Translations under genes and position numbers: made by a program
The notes under the pieces: generated by a model
What the model was told of the DNA's origin: nothing
Databases searched by the model: none
The model's input: the letters and a program-made list of their open reading frames with translations, nothing else
In this document: positions 1-8,800 of the stretch, in pieces
How the letters are laid out: each line of letters begins with the position of its first letter
Position numbering within the stretch: position 1 is the stretch's first letter
Origin: a virus
Taxonomy: Duplodnaviria; Caudoviricetes
Virus record (IMG/VR): IMGVR_UViG_3300025608_000057
Coordinates: 1 to 32,868 of that record
DNA length: 32,868 nt
Reading direction: 5' to 3' (one strand)

Positions 1-108
1 TCTATTGGGACGATGAGCCTAGTAAAAAAATTTGATGGTTATGAAAAAGCAATAGAAGCTTTAGCTGAAGATATTAAAAAAGAAAAAGAAAGTAAAGATG
101 TGGAATAG
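1..108 (+). CDS. 3' end of a hypothetical protein (partial, runs off window start)
   Basis: Frame 1 is open from base 1 (SIGTMSLVKKFDGYEKAIEALAEDIKKEKESKDVE) to TAG at 106-108. It overlaps the nrdA start by 11 nt, typical of coupled phage genes. Confidence 0.65.
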   Translation, partial: SIGTMSLVKKFDGYEKAIEALAEDIKKEKESKDVE

Positions 109-1843
109 CGAATGGATTAAAGGAGAGGATTATCCTATTTGGGGTGATACTGAAGTTTATAAAAAAACAATTACAGGAGGTTATCTATTACAAAATGAAA
201 CACCTAAACAAGCTTATGAGCGTGTAGCCACCGCGGTTGCAAAGCGTTTATATAAGCCAGAATTAGCTGAAAAGTTTTTTCAGTATATATGGGATGGGTG
301 GCTGTGTTTAGCTTCACCTGTGCTCTCTAATACAGGCACAGATCGGGGTTTACCTATTAGTTGTTTTGGTATTGACGTTGCTGATAGCATAAATGATATT
401 GGACAAAAGAATTTAGAAATGATGCTTTTAGCCAAGCATGGAGGCGGTGTTGGCTTAGGTGTTAATATGATTAGACCCGCTGGAGCTAAAATTACAGGAA
501 ATGGAACAAGTGATGGAGTGGTCCCGTTTTGCAAGATATACGATTCAACAATACTTGCCACTAATCAAGGATCTGTCCGCAGAGGAGCTGCGTCAGTTAA
601 TATCAATATTGATCACCCCGACTTTGAAGAATGGTTGGAGATCAGAGAACCAAAAGGAGATGTTAACAGACAGTCCCTTAATTTACACCAGTGCGCTGTG
701 GTCGGTGACAAGTTTATGCGAAGACTTGAGCAAGGAGATAAAGATGCTAGACGTAAATGGGGAAAATTATTACAAAAACGTAAAGCAACTGGAGAGCCTT
801 ATATACTCTTTAAGGGAAATACAAACAAAAATAACCCAAAAGCGTACAAATCAAATGGGCTCAAAGTTCATATGACAAACATTTGTAGTGAAATAACACT
901 ACATACAGATGAATCACATTCTTTTGTTTGTTGCTTATCTTCTCTTAATTTAGACAAATATGATGAATGGAAAAACACAAATTTAATATATGATGCAACA
1001 TGGTTTTTAGACGGAGTATTAGAGGAATTTATTCAGAAAGCAAAAAATATGAAAGGGTTCGAAAACTCTGTCCGCAGTGCGGAGAAGGGACGTGCTCTTG
1101 GTCTAGGAGTATTGGGATGGCACAGTCTACTCCAAAAGAATGGCATTGCGTTCGAAGGTTTATTAGCTCAATTTAGAACACGTGAGATTTTTAGTAGAAT
1201 TAAGATTGAATCTGAGAGAGCATCGCGAGATCTTGCAGAGATATATGGGGAGCCGCTTTGGTGCGTTGGTACTGGTATGCGTAACACTCATCTTCGGGCC
1301 GTGGCCCCTACTGTCTCTAACAGTAAGCTTAGTGGAAATATATCTCCTGGAATTGAGCCTTGGGCTGCTAACGTATTTACAGAGCAATCAGCTAAAGGCA
1401 CATTTATTAGAAAAAATAAAGAACTTAAAAAAGTATTAAGAAAAATTGGAATTGATAATAAAGAAACTTGGGATAAAATTTTGGAAGATGGTGGATCCGT
1501 TCAAGGAATTAAAGAACTCGATGGATGGTTTTATGATCACGCAGGAAGACTTACGCAAGAAGAAGGCGGGGAAGAACTAAAGAATGTATTTAAAACATTT
1601 AAGGAAATAAATCAACTAGAGTTAGTTAATCAAGCTGGTATACGTCAAAATTATATAGATCAATCAGTAAGTTTAAATTTAGCATTTCCTTCTGTAGCAG
1701 ATCCTAAATGGCTTAATAAAGTACATTTAGAAGCATGGAAGCGGGGTATTAAGACTTTGTATTATATGAGAACTGAATCTGTATTGAGAGGTGATATTGC
1801 AGCTAAAGCAATGGATCCAGAATGTTTAAGTTGTGATGGATAA
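98..1843 (+). CDS. nrdA: Ribonucleotide reductase class I alpha (large) subunit, short form without ATP-cone
   Basis: 581 aa with RNR motifs LASPVLSN, LPISCF (first active-site Cys), GGGVG, NICSEI (N-x-C-x-E finger loop), CCLSSLNL, RALGLG, APTVSNS, DQSVSLNL, the KTLYY tyrosine pair (class I radical transfer) and C-terminal CLSC. Confidence 0.96.
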   Translation: MWNSEWIKGEDYPIWGDTEVYKKTITGGYLLQNETPKQAYERVATAVAKRLYKPELAEKFFQYIWDGWLCLASPVLSNTGTDRGLPISCFGIDVADSINDIGQKNLEMMLLAKHGGGVGLGVNMIRPAGAKITGNGTSDGVVPFCKIYDSTILATNQGSVRRGAASVNINIDHPDFEEWLEIREPKGDVNRQSLNLHQCAVVGDKFMRRLEQGDKDARRKWGKLLQKRKATGEPYILFKGNTNKNNPKAYKSNGLKVHMTNICSEITLHTDESHSFVCCLSSLNLDKYDEWKNTNLIYDATWFLDGVLEEFIQKAKNMKGFENSVRSAEKGRALGLGVLGWHSLLQKNGIAFEGLLAQFRTREIFSRIKIESERASRDLAEIYGEPLWCVGTGMRNTHLRAVAPTVSNSKLSGNISPGIEPWAANVFTEQSAKGTFIRKNKELKKVLRKIGIDNKETWDKILEDGGSVQGIKELDGWFYDHAGRLTQEEGGEELKNVFKTFKEINQLELVNQAGIRQNYIDQSVSLNLAFPSVADPKWLNKVHLEAWKRGIKTLYYMRTESVLRGDIAAKAMDPECLSCDG

Positions 1844-1926
1844 AAAAATAGATAATTGTTTTTTTATTACGCAAATAGTACTTATATTCACATTGTTATT
1901 TGTTAAGTAGTACACGTTGTTTGTTT

Positions 1927-1966
1927 AAAAAGGGGATATGATTCTTAGTCTATCCCCTTTTTTTTT
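1927..1966. terminator. Bidirectional intrinsic terminator between convergent transcription units
   Basis: AAAAAGGGGATA-tgattcttagtc-TATCCCCTTTTTTTTT: an inverted repeat with a T-tract on each strand, located where the + and - strand modules meet. Confidence 0.88.
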
Positions 1967-2258
1967 ATCTTTTCTTACGATCAATGTCTCTTCTTAGATA
2001 TTCTATATCTTTCATAAAAGCCCTCATTTCAGCTTCAAGAGCTTTAACTTCCTCCTCCGTCTTTCTTTGATTAGGCCACGTGTATTTTTGTTCGTTTTCT
2101 TTTAATTTATTAGCCTTTACCTCAACAGCCTCAACACGAGCACTTAATGTGTAATAAGAGCCTACTATAGAAGCAAACATTGCAGCTATAGTGATTATTT
2201 GTGGAATGCTTATGGACACATCCGCTTTTCCGTCTCCATCAATATCTATTTTTGCCAT
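1965..2258 (-). CDS. Small single-pass membrane protein with C-terminal coiled coil (possible lysis accessory)
   Basis: 97 aa. N-terminal DIDGDGKAD, then hydrophobic ISIPQIITIAAMFASIVGSYYTL, then a charged helical tail. Last gene of the minus-strand operon. Confidence 0.7.
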   Translation of the reverse strand: MAKIDIDGDGKADVSISIPQIITIAAMFASIVGSYYTLSARVEAVEVKANKLKENEQKYTWPNQRKTEEEVKALEAEMRAFMKDIEYLRRDIDRKKR

Positions 2259-2260
2259 TT

Positions 2261-2404
2261 TTATTTTTTTAATCGTTTATAAATTCCGATTGAAGTATAT
2301 ATAATTGACAGTATTAACACTATTGTTTGCAGTGTTGGGTCTAGCCCTGTTAAGCTAAATAATAATGCTCCTGCGTTTACGAAATGTATTTTCAAATCTT
2401 CCAT
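2261..2404 (-). CDS. 47-aa hydrophobic protein, holin-like (not in ORF track)
   Basis: Manual translation gives MEDLKIHFVNAGALLFSLTGLDPTLQTIVLILSIIYTSIGIYKRLKK*: two hydrophobic segments and a basic C-terminus. It fills the gap between its neighbours with 1- and 2-nt spacers. Confidence 0.75.
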   Translation of the reverse strand: MEDLKIHFVNAGALLFSLTGLDPTLQTIVLILSIIYTSIGIYKRLKK

Positions 2405-2405
2405 C

Positions 2406-2693
2406 TTAATATTTACAGGACGCCTTCATAGTTAAAGGGCTTACCCTTTTTGGTTTTCCAGCTGGCTGACCTAGTGATTTTTTTTCGTTAATTTTTTTTC
2501 TTTTTTCAGAGCTACTCATTTCACTAGCAGTTTTTGGAGTATCTGAAGATATTCTTTTTTTAGGACGGCAATAAGGAACGCCTCTGCTTTCACCTTTGCT
2601 TCTACCACAAGGTTTACCTGTACTTACGTCAGTCCACTCTTCTTTAAACCAACGTTTAAGTGATGCTCCTTTTTTAGTTTTACTTACAGCCAT
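2406..2693 (-). CDS. Small basic Cys-containing protein (resembles the C-terminal part of DUF5872-like viral proteins)
   Basis: 95 aa, Lys/Arg-rich, with motifs SLKRWFKEEW, CGR, PYCRP and TPKT recalled from marine phage and giant-virus proteins. TAATG overlap with the upstream ORF. Confidence 0.75.
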   Translation of the reverse strand: MAVSKTKKGASLKRWFKEEWTDVSTGKPCGRSKGESRGVPYCRPKKRISSDTPKTASEMSSSEKRKKINEKKSLGQPAGKPKRVSPLTMKASCKY

Positions 2694-2845
2694 TATCCTA
2701 TATTTCCACCTCTTTTACGGCATTTTGCAATATAACCTGAAGCGTAAGCTGATGGAAACACTCTGTATTTAGCTTTTGCTTTGCGATAGCATGCATCCTT
2801 TTTTAATAAAGGAGAGGCATTTGATGTTACAATGTTATATTTCAT
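2693..2845 (-). CDS. 50-aa basic protein with PSAYASG motif (not in ORF track)
   Basis: Manual translation gives MKYNIVTSNASPLLKKDACYRKAKAKYRVFPSAYASGYIAKCRKRGGNIG*. TAATG stop/start overlaps at both ends (2845 and 2693). Confidence 0.8.
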   Translation of the reverse strand: MKYNIVTSNASPLLKKDACYRKAKAKYRVFPSAYASGYIAKCRKRGGNIG

Positions 2846-5800
2846 TATTTAAACTTTTTAAATTTTTCAAACTTTTTAAACTTTTTAAATTTAGAAGATG
2901 GCTTTTTAGTTTGTTTTTCAATCATGCCTAAATCCCACTCTGAATATCCCAATGTGAGAGCAATTGATTGCCATAATTCTGTTTCTGATTCCATTGCTGT
3001 TTTAATATGGTCAGCTTTTATTATAGCTCTATCTGCAGGTAAATTTGTTAATGCAGATACTATTCGACCTCCTGCTAAAAAAGCTGGATTATCTAAGCTG
3101 AATCCTTCTGTTCTCATCTTTTCCTTATCTTGTCTATAAGTAAAAGCTTTAGCAGCAGAGTTTAATTTATTTAATTTAGAGTTTATTGGCGGAGATAAAG
3201 AAGTTGCTTTCATAACAGCTTTTGTATAATCTGTTCTTTTAGCTTTGTTCTGCTTTATAATTTCAAGAATAACATTTTTAGATGTTGATGCTATTGCACC
3301 ATATAAACCAGTTCCGCGTAACAAAGTATCTAGTGACCCATTACCTATATTCCAAAGTCTTTCTTTTTCTTTATCATCTTCTTCATCAGAAAATAACAAA
3401 GCAAATAATGCTTGTTGTAAAGCTGAGAACACTACGTTTTGTATTACGCTATAATACATTAACTTACTAATATTTGTTTTCCAATCTCCACGCCCAGCAG
3501 CTAAATCTTGCATAGCTTTTTTAGTTAATCTAGCATATTGCATTGGTGTATTAGCAAAAGCTAATATAACTCTACCTAAAGAGCTAGCTTGTTGCATACT
3601 GATTCTGTCAGGTCTTGATGATTGTTGAGATTCTTCTGCTGTTTCGGTAAAATCAAGAAAAGCTTGTTCTTGTGCAGCTTCTTGACTCATTCCATCTTTA
3701 ACATATTTATTAAGTCTGTTTCTATAAAATGAAGCTCCTCCAATAGCAATTGCAAAACTATCCGCCATTTGTGTAGGTAAAAAACCAAATTTTAGTATTG
3801 CATTAAAAGCAGCTCTTACTTTATTATCAGCAGTTTTTGCTGCACTTGCAATTTCATCAGCATTAACATCTGTTTTTAAACCTGCTCTACGTTGCTTTAG
3901 AAAATCAGAATTAAACAAAAACCCAAAATCATTCCAAAACTGACTTTGATTTGCAAATGCCTTTGCAGCCATTATAGGATTATTATCTGTAAAGTTTATA
4001 AAGTTTACAGCAGATATAGTTTGAAGCAATGCAGATCTGGCATTTAAGAACATGATTGAACCAACTGAACCGTTAACCCATTCTAGCCAAGCTCTTTCTA
4101 TTTTGTTCCCACCCGCTCTTCTATTGCGTCCATCTTTCATTCTATATAGAATATCTGTAAGTGATTCTACATATTGATCCCCATATAATGCTTTTAACTT
4201 ATTGATATTAGGTCCTTCAAGTTTACCTTGTTTAAATTCTCCAAATATTTCTTCAACATTATCTTTCCATTCTTGCATGTACTCACTACGTTTAACTTGA
4301 TTAACGTATGATAACATGTCTGTTGTAATAGTACCTTCTAGCCAGTTTCCGCTTGGATTTGCATATTCACCTGGAGGTGCTAATGAAATCAGTTGTTCAG
4401 CAAAGTTTTTTAGGTTTTCATTTTTATTTATAAACTTAATAACCTCATTTACATCTTGTTTGCTAGATCCTTCTGGAAGAGTATCTTGCCTATTCCAAAT
4501 GTATAGCCTTACTGCTTGTTCATTAGTATATCCCGTTTCATTTGTTTTACCAAGCTTAGCTGGAGTATTATTAATTTGCTTTTTAAGATTTGCCCATGCA
4601 TTCATAGACATTTGCTTATCAGTTTCAAATTGTCTTATAGCTTTAGCAAAAGGCGTAAGCAAATTGTCTTTATAAAATTGCATTTGCTCATCTCCTTTTT
4701 TACTCTTAGCTAGTGTAGTATATAAGAGTCCAACAAAATCTTCAGCTGAATAAGGTACAAAGAATTTATATTTACCTTTTCCTTTACCAATTATTGATGC
4801 TTTGTCTGCTGAATACTCTTTAGCAAAATCAATTCCTGTTGATGCTTCAAGAAATTTATTAAAGTCTTTGCTTAAAGATTTAGAATATTTAAATTCTCCC
4901 TCATCAAATGTATAATCTGTTTTAGACAACGCATCTGAGTATCTAAAAATACCTTTAGGTGGCATTTTATCTTTATATTTTTCATCTACAATTTCAGCAA
5001 AATCTTTAGGAACTAGATTAGCTTCCATTGTATTAAAAAGATTTTTTAAATCATTTTTTTTAGAATCAGAAGGATTTTTAAAATAATCTATTATTTCATT
5101 AAAAACAAACTGTACGGGGGGATTATGTTCATAAACTGTTTCTCCGCTATAATTTTGAACAATCCTATTCAACGTAGCAGCTCCTCTGAATATTGTTCTT
5201 TGATCTTTTTGATTTAACTTTATAATCGATGCCGCTAGCCCAGGATGTTTTTTGCCTATATTAAATACAATATTTTGTAAAGCATCCCTTGCCTCTGCAT
5301 TTTGATTATTAACTTCAGCTTTAGTAATTTCTCCAGACATAATTTGATTACGAACAGAGTTACTTGTAACATCTATTAGTGTTCCAATAGCCATATCGCC
5401 ATATCTTATATAAGATCTTTGCCCGCTTTTTAATAAATTAAACTTTTTCTTAGAGCTAAGACCAGTTCCTTTTATTGTTGGATATATAACGTTTTCCCAT
5501 AAAGCTTTATTTGTTGTTAATTTTAATTCACCTTTTTTAGAAGAAACACTTCTAGTACCTCTAGAAAATATTTTAATAAAATGAAAAACTATATCTTCTG
5601 CTAAAATAGTGTCATTATTGTCTATAGCAGTATTTACAGCTTTATCAAAAGCTGGAACAACTATATCAAAAAATACTTTTGGATATGATTTTTTAAAAGA
5701 TTCGTTATTTATAGAATCAGCAATATCAGGAAAATCATTAGCTAATTCTATCATATTTTTTTCAAACAGTATACTAGCAAGTTCCTGAGAAGATAAACTA

Positions 5801-8800
5801 TATTTAACTTCAGCTTGGTTAGCTAATGATTTTGAAAATTTAAAATTTTCAGATCTATCAATTTGCTTAGCAATTACTGCTTTGAAATTTTCAGGCAATA
5901 CTTCACCTGTAATACCCGCAATATCTTGGTATTTATTTATCACATCGGGACTTTGTAAAACTTCCATTGTAGCATCAAACGCAATTTCTTCCGCTACTGC
6001 TTCAACTACTGCTGTTTTTCTAGTTCCCTGTGTAGACCTTCCAACATCTGTACCTAAAAAATATTTAATCCATTCGGCTGGGGTTATCTTCTTTTTAGTA
6101 TATACTTTATTGCCTTCAGCGGTTTTTTCTCTTACATGCTTTCCATTTTTATCAAGCACTGGCTCTTGAAAATCTTTAAATCTTCTATTAATTAAAGACT
6201 GAGGTAATTTATTATATATTGATTGAAAGTTATCGCGCAAAAAAGATTCGTAATCAGCTTGCTTACCTACAAATTTTGCAAGAGGTTTTTTAAGTTCAGT
6301 TCTAAATCTTTTTTGTAATTCTAATCTAAATTTAGGATCTTGTGGGTTTGGCAGTTTAGTACCAAATGTTTTTATTACAGCATCTTTAACTGTTGTAACA
6401 AGCTCCTCAGATAGCCCAATTTCTTTTCTTAGACTTTTTATTTCGTCAGCAATTTCAACTTGTTCTTGAGCTTCTATAGACTCTTCTGTAGAGGTATCTG
6501 TAACTGCTTTAGCTTCTGTAACATCAAGTTTAAATTCAGTATCTAATATACGATTAGCAGCTTCAATAGCTCTTCGTTCTAATTGTCCTTGTATATATGT
6601 ATTAAGGGTAGCACCTTTAGAAGTATCATAAGCATTAATAAGATCTAGTAAACCGCGTTTACCAATTTCAATTTCACTTTGAAGTAATTCAAAATCAAAG
6701 CCAGGAACATCTCTATATTTATTTGTTATACGTTTTGTTAAAGGTTTATACGCTTCAATTATATCAAAAGCACCATCTTTGCCTTTTTCGTCAAATATTT
6801 TTTGTATATTATCACCTGATATTGATTTTTTTGACTGCTGTATTTCTTGTTTTACAGCTTGTGGTATTTTAGAAGATTTTAAGTCTACCCCTAATTGTTT
6901 AAATTTAAATTCAGATATATTTTTTTGATAATTGCGTATAAAATTAAATACATCTTTACCTGTTTCAAGTTTAACTGATCCAAAGCCTAAGCCATTCAAA
7001 AATCTTGTAGTTGTATTTTTTATTTTATCTGATAAAGACTCATTAACTATAATTTTTTCTTTAGCTACAAGATCAGAAAAAACATTAAAATATTCTTCCA
7101 ATGCTCCTCTTTCTATATTACCAGCCTCATCTGTATAGTTTAAATCAATCCGTTCCTGTACTCTTTGATATACCTCAGGCTGTGTTTCTTTTAAATAATC
7201 TTTAAAGCTATCTACTAAAGGTTGCATAGAGGCATTATCTGTAGCGAACTTTTGAGCCATCATATAATGCAATAACTCATGACCTATAGCATTAGTTTGC
7301 TCTGTTTCAAGAGCTTTAGGGCTGTTTACAATTACCGTATTGGTATTTGGATCAAAGCTAGCATCAAATTCTGCTTTGGGATCAGATAAATATTCAAATT
7401 TTACGTTTTTTACTTTTTGTTTTGCTTTTACAAAAGCCTCATTAATACGTTCTGTATTTTTTAAAGTTTTACTAATATTTTTTTCAATATCAGCATCAAA
7501 CATTTCTTTCCCTACTAATGTTTCATTTTCATTTGCAGCATTCTGCAATTGCTGTTTTGCAAAATTTTGTTGTGATTTTGTATATCTAGCATTATTTATC
7601 TCACCCGTAGCATCGGCTATAATAGAAATATTATCTGTAAATTTTAATATTTCCTTTTTAGTTAAGCCATCAAATGCAGTATTTAACTCTTTTAGTCTAT
7701 TTTCTTTTTGTAATTCTAAAACATTAATTTGTTCTTGAAATTTTTTCTTTTTATTACTAGGAGCTACTTGTAAATTAATTTTAGCCTCAATTATATTTCT
7801 TTGAATTTCATTATTTTTTAATCTCCAATTTTTAGGAGCAATAAATTGATAAGCTTTGTTTTTATCTATATTACTAAAACTAATTCCTCTTCCTGTACCT
7901 GTAACAGGACCACCCATTACAGCTCCAACAATAGCACCATTTAAAAAATTCCTAATATAAGCAGCTCCTTCAATTTCGTCTTCATAAAGCTTATCATCAA
8001 TAAAAGTTTGTCCTATTGCCGTTACGCCTTCTGTTAAACCTTCTGAAACTGATCCACCAATACCAGCGCCTAAAGTTTTTAAAGATTTTTCTAAGAAATT
8101 TGAAGTAAAATCTTTCATTACTTTATTTGTAATGCCTGTTTTATTTAAAGCACCTAAGGTCTTAGCAAAATAACCACCAGCAAACTCAGTTGCAGTTTCT
8201 ATCCCTCCTTTTAATAAAGATCCACTTGCTATTTTAGAAATAGATTCTTCAGGTCTTTCTTTTAATTCTTTTTCAAATTCACCTCCCGCAGTGCTCATAC
8301 CTAGTAATGCACTTCCATAAATAGGTGAAGCTATAGACAGGGCTAATGAAGGTGCGGAGCCTAAAGCTTGATTAACAGCTAAATCAGCTGCATCTACATA
8401 ATTACCCTCTTCTATCAATCCGTATATATCTTTTTCTCGACCTTCTTCATCAAACTTTTTTGTAGACAAATTACTAATAAGATCAGCTGCGTCAGTAATT
8501 GCTGATAAATCTAAATTATTATTTTTTGCAATTTTTTCATATTCTGATAAAGCATATCCAGGATTTATATTTGCTGTTCCTCCTGTTTTTAATAATGCAG
8601 CAATTGGAGCCATACCATATTTTTCTACAAAATCGCCTAAACCTGCGGCTGTATTTAAAACCCCTGACGCAATACTTGATACCGAGGGTATAACACTTTT
8701 TGGTAGTCCAGTAAAACTAGAAACAAAATTTTTAGAAATTTCTTGCTGTATTTCTTTATCTTTCTTGTCACCTTGTAATTCCAAAGAAGTATCTACCAAT

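Noticed and set aside
572-1077. 11-bp direct repeat TCTGTCCGCAG twice in nrdA
   Set aside because: Both copies encode Ser-Val-Arg in frame, which is compatible with chance.
280-1439. Alternative-frame and antisense ORFs inside nrdA
   Set aside because: Fully nested in a well-supported gene, with no recognisable motifs.
2225-2250. DIDGD in the 97-aa ORF as an RNA polymerase active site
   Set aside because: It lies at the N-terminus of a tiny membrane protein with no polymerase fold.
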